DNA of 64,000 nucleotides. Origin: a virus. The stretch covers positions 1 through 64,000 of the IMG/VR virus record IMGVR_UViG_3300025679_000001. One strand, written 5' to 3'. Position numbers and translations under genes: made by a program. Below, in pieces: positions 16,108 through 23,616 of this stretch. The notes under the pieces were generated by a model. The model saw only the letters and a program-made list of their open reading frames with translations, did no database searches and had not been told where the DNA came from. Each line of letters opens with the position of its first letter. Within the stretch, counting starts at the first letter, position 1.

Positions 16108-16683
16108 TTAATTTTCAATGAAATCATCAAACTTGCGAAACTTTAACCTGCTCGGATGGTGAATGCGTCCAACTGCTTTGGCCAATATGTGTTGGGTGCG
16201 CGTGTCCGAAACATCTCCACCATTAGCCGCCAACCCCTTCCCCGCTTCTCGATGGGTCTTGCCATTCATTACAACCTCATTCAGTACTCGCTGTTCTTTT
16301 TCAGGAAGCCTTGAGATCAATTGTTTAAGCGCTGCAACATCAATCTGAAGATTAGCCGGGGCACTGATATTCCGAAGCTCATCCGCATTCATTGTTAATT
16401 CAACGGATGTTTTATTTGAACGTAAGTGTTTGATATGACTTGGCCAAAGTTCTTCGGGTTCACAATGAAGGGCCGACGAAACGTTATATGCGTGTTCTGT
16501 CCATTCTCCATTGCGTAATGGCGAACGTTTGAATGAAACAAGAGTGCCAAGATAGGATTGCTCTATCATTGCGCGTTTGGAAAGTTCTTTTAATGTCTGA
16601 ATGCCAGCCTTTTTCATAGCCTGTAGAATGCGGTTATTCTTGACCGTAATCTTGACCGCAAAATCTTTTGGTTGATCTGTCAT
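16108..16683 (-). CDS. sigma-70 region-4 / HTH domain protein (putative phage transcription factor)
   Basis: 191-aa ORF. The C-terminus LISRLPEKEQRVLNEVVMNGKTHREAGKGL....VSDTRTQHILAKAVGRI matches the sigma70 region 4.2 pattern. Does not resemble T4 gp55. Markedly lower GC than its neighbours. Confidence 0.45.
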   Translation of the reverse strand: MTDQPKDFAVKITVKNNRILQAMKKAGIQTLKELSKRAMIEQSYLGTLVSFKRSPLRNGEWTEHAYNVSSALHCEPEELWPSHIKHLRSNKTSVELTMNADELRNISAPANLQIDVAALKQLISRLPEKEQRVLNEVVMNGKTHREAGKGLAANGGDVSDTRTQHILAKAVGRIHHPSRLKFRKFDDFIEN

Positions 16684-17030
16684 GCCTTAACTCCATGTGG
16701 TCTATGCCCGAGGTAGCCGCCAGCATCTATCCAGTGTTCTACATTCTCCTTGGAACCAGTGGCGAGCATCGGGAGCGCGTACGTCAGGTAGGCCCACTCC
16801 CTGAGCAGGCGATAGTTGGTTGCGTCGGCGCGGCACACTACGTCAGCGAACGGGTCGTTACTGAGAACACCGATCATAAAGTCTCCGGGACGATTGCCGC
16901 ACATTACGTAGCCGGCGACTCCTGGGTACATGTAACTCGGGAGGGATAACATACACTCCCACACTTCCGGAAGCTTTTTCTTCAGCGCCTCGATCATCTC
17001 GATAGCCTTCACGTCGGTCTCTGCTTGCAT
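16680..17030 (-). CDS. hypothetical protein
   Basis: Track ORF trimmed to ATG 17030 (MQAETDVKAIEMIEALKKK), with a TGATG overlap to the upstream gene. Confidence 0.45.
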   Translation of the reverse strand: MQAETDVKAIEMIEALKKKLPEVWECMLSLPSYMYPGVAGYVMCGNRPGDFMIGVLSNDPFADVVCRADATNYRLLREWAYLTYALPMLATGSKENVEHWIDAGGYLGHRPHGVKA

Positions 17031-17386
17031 CACTTGAACCTCATTGACTGCGCGCCTCGCTTGAACACCTTCTCCGTCCACACCGCACCAGCGGTGAAGA
17101 CCTTTCCCCCGCTATTACGGACGGTGTACGGCTTAGACTGGCGTGGGTTGTAATCGTAAAGGTGAACGGCATCAGGCCCGACGCACCTGTTAAGGTCGAG
17201 GTCCTTCTCGGAGGCTACCTTGAGGAGAGCCTCAGAGTTGAGGTCCTCATCGAAGCCGATCTGGACGTCGACTGACACTCCGCGCGGAACGAAACTGAAG
17301 TTACGCACCTTGAAGGAGTTCTCCGGGAACTCCTTTTTCAGGAGTTCCTCCAACCTCTTTCTTAACTCGGTGAATCCTCTCATCAC
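17030..17386 (-). CDS. hypothetical protein
   Basis: 118-aa ORF, coupled to both neighbours. Confidence 0.5.
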   Translation of the reverse strand: MMRGFTELRKRLEELLKKEFPENSFKVRNFSFVPRGVSVDVQIGFDEDLNSEALLKVASEKDLDLNRCVGPDAVHLYDYNPRQSKPYTVRNSGGKVFTAGAVWTEKVFKRGAQSMRFK

Positions 17387-17820
17387 ATGTTCCCAATGAG
17401 ATTAGCCATGCTCTGGGTGTCGGCGAACCTGTTGACGAGACCGACACTTTTCCAACGAGCGCCGACGTCGGCGTCGGTGCAAATGAACTCTTTTAAACCC
17501 TTCTTGATGATCCAGCACTTCTTTGGCCTTTTGTAGTTGTAACCGACGAGGGTGTAACCGTCGTTAGATGGCTTGTCAGCATTCTCGATCTTGTACTGTT
17601 TGACCATGAGAGGGAGGTTCTTGGCGTAAGGATTTATTGTCACTGTCTTGCCCGAGGTGTCTGTGGCCTTTACTCGAGCCTCTATCTTGGCCTCGAAGGA
17701 GTCGGACTGGAACCGAATGTTCCCTAAGAGAATCTGCAAGTCAGGGTGAACGATGGCGAGAGCTGCGTTGATCTTCGGGCGGAGCTCTTCGAGTGTTTTC
17801 TTGTCAATGATAAGGGTCAT
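17383..17820 (-). CDS. hypothetical protein
   Basis: Trimmed to ATG 17820 (MTLIIDKK), which is preceded by GGAGGA. Confidence 0.5.
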   Translation of the reverse strand: MTLIIDKKTLEELRPKINAALAIVHPDLQILLGNIRFQSDSFEAKIEARVKATDTSGKTVTINPYAKNLPLMVKQYKIENADKPSNDGYTLVGYNYKRPKKCWIIKKGLKEFICTDADVGARWKSVGLVNRFADTQSMANLIGNM

Positions 17821-17858
17821 GGAATCCTCCAAAAATAGTCTTGATTGACTATGTCAAC

Positions 17859-17887
17859 AGTCTACACTATAAAAAGGTCGATGTCAA
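17859..17887 (-). promoter_or_regulatory. sigma70-type promoter TTGACA-N17-TAGACT
   Basis: TTGACA at 17887..17882, a spacer ending tatagtg, then TAGACT. About 35 nt upstream of ATG 17820. Confidence 0.5.
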
Positions 17888-17892
17888 CCGTT

Positions 17893-17923
17893 AAAAAAAC
17901 ACCCCGGACGCGAGTCTGGGGTG
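17893..17923 (-). terminator. intrinsic terminator
   Basis: 10-position stem (one A.C mismatch) 17900..17909/17914..17923, a 4-nt loop, and seven U on the minus strand (17899..17893). Confidence 0.7.
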
Positions 17924-17962
17924 CTAAGTTTAGTACGGCCCGAGGGAGGCCGGTAACCGTAC
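17893..17962 (-). ncRNA. candidate ~70-nt small RNA (promoter-to-terminator unit)
   Basis: Lies downstream of the strong promoter at 17969..17997. Hairpin 1 is GUACGG..CCGUAC (17962..17933). Hairpin 2 is the terminator CACCCCAGAC-UCGC-GUCCGGGGUG plus U7. No ORF. Confidence 0.55.
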
Positions 17963-17968
17963 GTTCTC

Positions 17969-17997
17969 TATATACGACAGCGAGCATCGTGTGTCAA
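17969..17997 (-). promoter_or_regulatory. strong sigma70-type promoter TTGACA-N17-TATATA
   Basis: TTGACA at 17997..17992, an exact 17-nt spacer, and TATATA at 17974..17969. Lies in the divergent intergenic region 17833..18057. Confidence 0.65.
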
Positions 17998-18057
17998 CCG
18001 CTCATTTTTGCATCGTAGCGCAGTTTACTTCTTCGGTCGTTTTGTTTAGATAGACCA

Positions 18058-19206
18058 ATGCTGCGATCAGGTAAGAAGAGAAAACCGGCCAAGAAAGCGG
18101 CCTCAGAGATATACAGGTCGAACTACGCGGCGTACGGCGACGAGCCGGCCTACCAGCCAGGAGAAGTTCTCACTAAGCTCAAGAAGTGGGGGTCGTTCAA
18201 CTGGTACGCGTACATGGCTACCGTCGAAGATGCTAGAGAATACGTCACCTCCTACGTCAAGAGGACTGGGATGAAGGTGAACTTCTCCGAAGTCTCCGAC
18301 CGGCAGGTTCCCATGACTGCGGCGTGGCTCTGCAGGATCGACGAGCTCGGCGCCATCATCGGCCCAGACTCTCACAAGTTCATAGCGTCAGCTATTGACG
18401 GTGCAGTGAAGAGCACCGCTAAGAACACTCTGGAGAACGAGAGGTTCACCAAGAAGACGCCGAAGGTCGAGCAGGTTCTCGACCTCTTTATCTCTAACCT
18501 CGAGGAAGTCATCGACTCCGAGACGCTCGGGATGAAACACCCAAAATCAACTCCGACGAGAACGCCTTCGAACTGGAACTATAACGTCTACGAAGCGCTC
18601 AAGCTCCAGAACTTTCCGACTTCGGCCGCGTCCTCGATCTCGAAACACTACGAGCGCCTCACTCAAGAGTTGAGGCTCGCCGTCGCTGGGTCCAACGCTC
18701 AACTGAACGAAGGCTACAGCACCTACAAGAAAGCTGAGCTCCGCGCTTGGCTCGACTGGATGGAGAAGCTCGCGGCCGACTGCGAGGCCTACTCCAAGAA
18801 CACGAAGAAGCTCAGGGCGCCGACCAAGAAGAAGTCTGCACCGTCCGCCGAGAAGAAGCTCAAGAACTTCTCTTACCTGAAGGAGAGCCTCGAGTACAAG
18901 ATCGCGTCGGTGGACCCGGCCAAGATCATCGGGGCCAAGGAGGCGTACCTGTTCAACGTCAAGTACAAGACGGTCACCGTGCTCGCCGGCGACTCACTCG
19001 ACGTGAAGGGAAAGTCGATAGTGGGCTACGACGAGGCGAGGAGCTACACCAAGAGCGCTGGCAGGAAAGCCGCCGAAGTCGCCCCGTTGCTGGGACTCGG
19101 CGGTAAGGTGTCACCTAAACCCGCGCTGGAGAAGCTGACTGGACAGTCCAGGAAAGCATCGGGCAGGGTCGATGAGAACACCGTTATTCTGAAGCTGGTA
19201 ACTTAG
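18058..19206 (+). CDS. hypothetical protein
   Basis: 382-aa ORF, an isolated plus-strand gene. Lys-rich N-terminus and central linker. Its 3' end overlaps the convergent family-A gene by 23 nt. Confidence 0.5.
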   Translation: MLRSGKKRKPAKKAASEIYRSNYAAYGDEPAYQPGEVLTKLKKWGSFNWYAYMATVEDAREYVTSYVKRTGMKVNFSEVSDRQVPMTAAWLCRIDELGAIIGPDSHKFIASAIDGAVKSTAKNTLENERFTKKTPKVEQVLDLFISNLEEVIDSETLGMKHPKSTPTRTPSNWNYNVYEALKLQNFPTSAASSISKHYERLTQELRLAVAGSNAQLNEGYSTYKKAELRAWLDWMEKLAADCEAYSKNTKKLRAPTKKKSAPSAEKKLKNFSYLKESLEYKIASVDPAKIIGAKEAYLFNVKYKTVTVLAGDSLDVKGKSIVGYDEARSYTKSAGRKAAEVAPLLGLGGKVSPKPALEKLTGQSRKASGRVDENTVILKLVT

Positions 19207-19564
19207 CGTACAACCATTTCTTGTCGAGTGGAATCTGTCCTCTGAGCACCGCGACTGCTCGATCTCTAGCTTCTTTTCCTACGCCGACACTGTTGTCAAA
19301 ACCGTAAGGGCGAAAGAGATCGTAAGCCTCATCCTTAGTAAGTCCCAGGGTTTCCATTCCGAAATTAAAGAAATTGCCTTTGGAGACATCGCCGTAAGCG
19401 ATAGCACACCACCCGGCAACGCATGCAGCAGTGTTACAATCGTTACTAACAGCAACACTAGATGCACAGTACCATTTTGGTATATTCGTCCATGCGCTCA
19501 TGTCAAACTTACCTGCACAGGTCTCGATGTAGGTCGCCAGGTCGCACATCTTCTTAGTGTCCAT
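19184..19564 (-). CDS. family-A small Cys-motif protein (paralogue 1 of 5)
   Basis: 126 aa. MDTKKMCDLATYIE...NDCNTAACVAGW...LGLTKDEAYDLFRP...RDRAVAVLRGQIPLDKKWL. The motifs are shared with 19580, 38261, 54745 and 61078. Confidence 0.6.
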   Translation of the reverse strand: MDTKKMCDLATYIETCAGKFDMSAWTNIPKWYCASSVAVSNDCNTAACVAGWCAIAYGDVSKGNFFNFGMETLGLTKDEAYDLFRPYGFDNSVGVGKEARDRAVAVLRGQIPLDKKWLYAKLPASE

Positions 19565-19579
19565 GTTTAGTCTCCGTTG

Positions 19580-19963
19580 TTATTCTGAAGCTGGTAGCTT
19601 AGCGCTGAGCCAGTTCTCGTCGAGTGGAATCTGTCCTCTGAGCACCATCACTGCACGGTCACGAGCTTCTTTTCCTAAACCGATACTCGTCTTATATCCG
19701 TCGGGGGTAAAGAGGGCGAAAGCTTCTTCCTCAGTAAGTCCCAGGGTGATCCTTCCAAACGAAAAGAACTCGAACACGCCTAATTGTTTGCCGTGAGCGA
19801 GAGCGCACCACCCGGCGACGCAGGCAGCGGTGTTGCAGTCGTTACCAACAGCCTCAATAGATTCAAGGTTGGCATCTTTGTGACTTATCCAATTGCTCAT
19901 GTCAAACTTACCGGCGCGGGTCTCGATATAGGTAGCAAGGTCGCACATCTTCTTAGTGTCCAT
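19580..19963 (-). CDS. family-A small Cys-motif protein (paralogue 2, tandem copy)
   Basis: 127 aa. The N- and C-terminal ~20 residues are almost identical to paralogue 1. GGAG RBS. Confidence 0.6.
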   Translation of the reverse strand: MDTKKMCDLATYIETRAGKFDMSNWISHKDANLESIEAVGNDCNTAACVAGWCALAHGKQLGVFEFFSFGRITLGLTEEEAFALFTPDGYKTSIGLGKEARDRAVMVLRGQIPLDENWLSAKLPASE

Positions 19964-19991
19964 GTTTAGTCTCCGTTGAAATTAGAAAAGA

Positions 19992-20093
19992 TCACAACCA
20001 GCTCCAGGTGCCTAATATGACGTGGAGGACGAACAACCCGAATCCTATTCCGGTGATCAACCCAATTACGAAACCCCAAGTGAACTTTCTCAT
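19992..20093 (-). CDS. small membrane peptide (33 aa)
   Basis: Own translation: MRKFTWGFVIGLITGIGFGLFVLHVILGTWSWL. Starts 3 nt after the rtcB stop. Below the track cutoff. Confidence 0.3.
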   Translation of the reverse strand: MRKFTWGFVIGLITGIGFGLFVLHVILGTWSWL

Positions 20094-20096
20094 GAT

Positions 20097-21275
20097 CTAA
20101 TCCTTATAAGCGTCCCTGACTTCGTTTCCCGCCATCAATACTAAGAACGGGCGGAGCTGGGTCTCGACCACAATGGTCGCCCCCTGATACGCGAGAACCT
20201 CGCTGAGCCTGCGATAGGCCATCGGAGACTCGTCGACGTCTCCTCCTACGAGGTGAACGCCCTTAGCGTGCATCCACTCGTCCATCTGCTCGCGGGTGAT
20301 CTTCGGCTCGCGCTTCCACTCGCCAGTGTTCTTGTCCTTCTTGCCCTTGGCCTCCATTCGACCCATGACTCGGCCAGAGCCGTGAACGGTGGAGTAGAGG
20401 GCTTCCTTGGACTCGGGCGTATCAACACCGTGGATGATCACGGCGTTGTCGCCCATAGAACCACCCACAAAGCCGCGCTGACCAGGCCACGCCGGCGTAG
20501 CGCCCTTGCGGACAACCCAGTACTTCTCTCCACCGTGCTCCTCGAGCCAGGCGAAATTGTGGTGATTGTGAACAGTGTCGAGGACGGACGCCCCGAGGAT
20601 CTTGCAGACGTTGGACACGACCCACTCGCGACCAGCGTAGGCGTAGCGACCCGCGAGGTGCATGGCCGCGAGATAGCGGACCCCGATCTCGGAATCAGCG
20701 TCTACGATGGTCGGAGTAGCGTCGACTCCGTCGACACCTCCGGCGAGGTTGAGGTACTTGGTGGCGGACTTGTGTCCGAGGCCTCTCGACCCGAAGTGTA
20801 CGCCGACCCAGACATAGCCGTCATCGCCCTCGAAGAGGTCGATGTAGTGGTTGCCGGAGCCGACGGTTCCGAGCTGCCCGTAGGCGAGACGCTTGAGGTC
20901 CTCAACGTCCGCGGCCTTCCATGCTTCCTCGTCGTCGAAGAGGGCAACGTCCTTGATGTCATTGCGAGAGACGGAGTAGTTGCCGCCCATCCCGAAGTCG
21001 ATCTTCTTATGAATCTTGCGGGCGATCTCCGGGATGTCCCCGATGTCCGAGAACTTGCGGGAGGTCTTGACCGCCATGTTCCCACAGGCGATGTCGAAGC
21101 CTACACCCGAGATCGAGATCTGATCTTTGTATGCCACGACCCCGCCGACCGGGTGCGAGCAATAACCCTGGTGTCCGTCCGCGCAGATAACGCCCTGCTT
21201 GACGTTGCCTACGGCGAGACAGTTCCACATCTGCTTGATGGTGTTGTCCTGGTGGTCACCGAATATCTTAAGCAT
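20097..21275 (-). CDS. rtcB: RNA-splicing ligase RtcB
   Basis: 392-aa ORF. ADGHQGY, GFDIACGN, HFGSRGLGH, HNHHNF and GSMGD are canonical RtcB motifs. Confidence 0.9.
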   Translation of the reverse strand: MLKIFGDHQDNTIKQMWNCLAVGNVKQGVICADGHQGYCSHPVGGVVAYKDQISISGVGFDIACGNMAVKTSRKFSDIGDIPEIARKIHKKIDFGMGGNYSVSRNDIKDVALFDDEEAWKAADVEDLKRLAYGQLGTVGSGNHYIDLFEGDDGYVWVGVHFGSRGLGHKSATKYLNLAGGVDGVDATPTIVDADSEIGVRYLAAMHLAGRYAYAGREWVVSNVCKILGASVLDTVHNHHNFAWLEEHGGEKYWVVRKGATPAWPGQRGFVGGSMGDNAVIIHGVDTPESKEALYSTVHGSGRVMGRMEAKGKKDKNTGEWKREPKITREQMDEWMHAKGVHLVGGDVDESPMAYRRLSEVLAYQGATIVVETQLRPFLVLMAGNEVRDAYKD

Positions 21276-21687
21276 TTAACTTCTTCTTTTCTTCCCATTG
21301 AACTAGAGGGATCCTGTCTATAGGTATTGTTTTGATCTCTCCGAGCATACCGTAGTCGATTGATGAACCAGTTCCGGGAATCAAACCGAGAAACTTCATG
21401 GCAGAGAAAACCTTCTTCCCGTCCTTGTTAGCAGCGTACTTGTGGATCTCTGTTATAGCTTGATGCGTGTTCAGATCATCGTTAAGTGCGTTGATAACCT
21501 CGTCCGGAGTCGAGATGTCGATAGAAAGCTCAGCTATCGAAAGCCACCTGCGCAGCGTCTTGGCACACTGGTTGAGCTCCGCGACAGTGAAGTCCTTTGG
21601 CTTTCGATAGTGGGTCTGAAGCATGGCGAGGCGGATCGCCATCCCGCGCATGTCCGTCTCTTCAAAAACGTAAAGGTTCTTGTGCAT
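21268..21687 (-). CDS. stand-alone cysteinyl-tRNA synthetase C-terminal fragment homologue (no catalytic domain)
   Basis: 139 aa. MAIRLAMLQTHYRKPKDFTVAELNQCAKTLRRW and INALNDDLNTHQAITEI align with E. coli CysS [32 protein letters not shown] and IEAMDDDFNTPEAYSVL. HIGH and KMSKS are absent. Overlaps the rtcB start by 8 nt. Confidence 0.6.
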   Translation of the reverse strand: MHKNLYVFEETDMRGMAIRLAMLQTHYRKPKDFTVAELNQCAKTLRRWLSIAELSIDISTPDEVINALNDDLNTHQAITEIHKYAANKDGKKVFSAMKFLGLIPGTGSSIDYGMLGEIKTIPIDRIPLVQWEEKKKLNA

Positions 21688-21947
21688 CACTTCTTTCCGT
21701 AGTCCTGGACGTACGCTTTAGCCTCGTCCTTTGTCATAACCTTGCCTTCCCAGTCCTGCCAGATCTCTCCGGTGAACTGGTCGATGCACTCGCAGAGGAT
21801 GTCCTTCTGTTCCTGGGTGTCTTGCTGAGCCATAGCGCTCTCAGAGGCGCCGAGATCAATGTACTTCTGGATGAAAGTCTGACTCACAGGAGTCAGATCG
21901 CTCCAACCCTTGATCGTGCCCCACTTCAATCTTAACTTCTCTGCCAT
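21687..21947 (-). CDS. hypothetical protein
   Basis: 86-aa ORF with an AGGAGG RBS. TGATG-coupled to the next gene. Confidence 0.5.
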   Translation of the reverse strand: MAEKLRLKWGTIKGWSDLTPVSQTFIQKYIDLGASESAMAQQDTQEQKDILCECIDQFTGEIWQDWEGKVMTKDEAKAYVQDYGKK

Positions 21948-21970
21948 GTAGTCCTCCTGGTTCAGGAGGT

Positions 21971-21999
21971 CAGTTAAACTATTCTTTAACGGATGTCAA
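21971..21999 (-). promoter_or_regulatory. possible promoter TTGACA-N17-TAACTG
   Basis: TTGACA at 21999..21994, inside the 3' end of the DUF1003 gene. Weak -10. Confidence 0.3.
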
Positions 22000-22458
22000 C
22001 TTATCATGCACTTCTGCAGTCAGCTCGGCCACTTTCTCCGTCAGGGTCTTGACTGTGTTGGTCAGATCGGTGTTCTGCTTCATGAGGTCGATCAGCAGCT
22101 TCATCTCAGTGGAGTTCGTCGCCGCGAGCTCCTCGCGGTGCTGCGCGTCAGCCATCGCGCCCGCCTTGTCCCTGTCAGCTTGCCTCGTCTGGGCAAGGAG
22201 GATGAGGGGCGCTGCGTAGGCGGCCTGGAGCGAGAACGCGAGGTTCAGGAAGATGAACGGGTAGACGTCGAACGTGACCCACCCCAACGCGTTGACCACT
22301 ATCCACGCGGCGACTACCGCCGTCTGGATGACTATGAACTTGGGAGTCCCGAAGAACCTAGCGAAGGACTCTGCCTGCTTTCCGAACCAACCGTCGCCGA
22401 AGGGTGAGTTAAGGTGTACGTGAGGAAGGTGAAAGCGAAAGAAGTGGCCTGTGCTCAT
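21979..22458 (-). CDS. DUF1003-family membrane protein
   Basis: 159-aa ORF. FGTPKFIVIQTAVVAAWIVVNAL..FDVYPFIFLNLAFSLQAAYAAPLILLAQTRQADRDK matches the DUF1003 pattern. Confidence 0.6.
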   Translation of the reverse strand: MSTGHFFRFHLPHVHLNSPFGDGWFGKQAESFARFFGTPKFIVIQTAVVAAWIVVNALGWVTFDVYPFIFLNLAFSLQAAYAAPLILLAQTRQADRDKAGAMADAQHREELAATNSTEMKLLIDLMKQNTDLTNTVKTLTEKVAELTAEVHDKLTSVKE

Positions 22459-22547
22459 TTCTTTTTCTCAAGCTTCTCGAGCTGCTTGGCTCGCTTTGCG
22501 ATCTCTTTCTTACCCTGGTGAGGTGTGTACTTGTTTGGTTTGCTCAT
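22455..22547 (-). CDS. small basic peptide (30 aa)
   Basis: Own translation: MSKPNKYTPHQGKKEIAKRAKQLEKLEKKK. GGAGAA RBS. ATGA-coupled to the DUF1003 gene. Confidence 0.35.
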   Translation of the reverse strand: MSKPNKYTPHQGKKEIAKRAKQLEKLEKKK

Positions 22548-22562
22548 CTTGTTTCTCCATGA

Positions 22563-22808
22563 TTAACTTTTAGATCTTGAACTATCCACCTGCCGCAGAA
22601 AGCCGTCATAACGTTTCGGAGTAAGTTCCAGTGCCCCCTCTGGGTATATCTGTACGCTGCCGACCTCTTTTTCGGACTCGACGCAGTAGCCAAAGTGCGT
22701 CAGGCTCGAACTGTAAAAGCCAACGATTCTTCCCGTCCAAGAAGATCCTTTAATCTTGTTGACTCGCTGGCCGAGCCGGAACTTTCCGTTGTGCACGATC
22801 TCGCTCAC
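22563..22808 (-). CDS. dfrB: type B (R67/DfrB-like) dihydrofolate reductase
   Basis: 81 aa from GTG 22808 (GTGA-coupled). FRLGQRVNKIKGSSWTGRIVGFYSSSLTHFGYCVESEKEVGSVQIYPEGALE versus R67 [52 protein letters not shown]. The catalytic VQIYP is conserved. Confidence 0.75.
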   Translation of the reverse strand: MSEIVHNGKFRLGQRVNKIKGSSWTGRIVGFYSSSLTHFGYCVESEKEVGSVQIYPEGALELTPKRYDGFLRQVDSSRSKS

Positions 22809-23599
22809 TGATTCTGATTCTCCATGAAGTCGACGAACCCGAGGAACTCCTTCCACAGGAACTCCTCTCGTTCTGCGCTGAACATGTAGTCGGCGTGCTT
22901 CTTGGCCACAGTCCAATAGGACTCGTACCGCGAGGTCGTCACCATGTCCATCATCTCCATCAGGGAGCTCGCGAAAGCTACGCCGTAGGCGGTGTTGTCG
23001 ATCGAGTGCTGTGAGGAGAAGCCGTGGGAGCCCATCATCTCTAAGAACCCCGAGTGCCTGGGCGTTAGGACTAGGCAGCCGGCGCTCATCGCCGTCGCCA
23101 CCTCAGCGTTGAAGGACTCGAACGACATGGCCGGGTGGGCGAAGACGTTGGCGCTCTTCATCTCTGCTATGAGCTCTTCTCGAGAGGGAGAGACCCGCAC
23201 CTTCGTAGTGTTCTTGTCGACTAGGTTCATGGCGATAGGGCCGGGGTCGGACGAGCAGCAGGCGACCAATGAGAATTTATTCCCGTACTTGATGGCGATC
23301 CCGTTGACGATCGAGAGGAGCATAGTTAGCGTACCGTCGTTCGGGTCTCCGGCCCAGATTAGCCTCGGCCTGTCCGAGGGCTTGACGTCAACTTCGATCC
23401 TCTGGACAGAGGGTGAAATGATCGACCTGTACTTGGCCTGAACGTAGTACAGGTGCCGCTGTTGCCATGAGGTCGTGGTTACCATTGAGAAGACTGACCC
23501 ACCGAACTTTTCAGTGTTCCAGCGGCGGTCGATGGCCCACACCGTTCCCTTGGCCGCGGCTTCGTACTCTGTAGTTATGTCGGTGCTCTGTATCTTCAT
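22805..23599 (-). CDS. glycosyltransferase (GT-B, GT1/GT4-like)
   Basis: 264-aa ORF. REELIAEMKSANVFAHPAMSFESFNAEVATAMSAGCLVL is the GT-B C-terminal E..(7)E-type motif. Confidence 0.5.
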   Translation of the reverse strand: MKIQSTDITTEYEAAAKGTVWAIDRRWNTEKFGGSVFSMVTTTSWQQRHLYYVQAKYRSIISPSVQRIEVDVKPSDRPRLIWAGDPNDGTLTMLLSIVNGIAIKYGNKFSLVACCSSDPGPIAMNLVDKNTTKVRVSPSREELIAEMKSANVFAHPAMSFESFNAEVATAMSAGCLVLTPRHSGFLEMMGSHGFSSQHSIDNTAYGVAFASSLMEMMDMVTTSRYESYWTVAKKHADYMFSAEREEFLWKEFLGFVDFMENQNQ

Positions 23600-23616
23600 G
23601 ATTAACCTAAAAAAGT

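Larger units (their letters stand above)
19183..19977 (-). repeat. tandem direct duplication (units 19183..19578 and 19579..19977)
   Basis: Units of 396 and 399 bp. The ends are near-identical (gttattctgaagctggtaRcttagcg...; ...ggtcgcacatcttcttagtgtccatgtttagtctccgttg). The centre is strongly diverged. Confidence 0.8.

Noticed and set aside
19183-19977. Diversity-generating retroelement (TR/VR pair) as an explanation for the tandem repeat with a variable core.
   Set aside because: There is no reverse transcriptase in the window. Substitutions between the units involve all four bases rather than adenine-specific changes, and both units are complete genes with their own RBS.
20253-21323. 356-aa plus-strand ORF antisense to rtcB. 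Similar long antisense ORFs occur at 10937..11695, 30179..31030, 41556..42242, 51503..52336, 53342..54277, 57083..58003, 60255..61052 and 61911..62723.
   Set aside because: These are shadow ORFs opposite genes with unmistakable motifs. Their products are Arg/Gly/Val/Leu/Asp-rich and low-complexity, lack RBSs, and are the expected consequence of G/C-rich third positions on the true coding strand.
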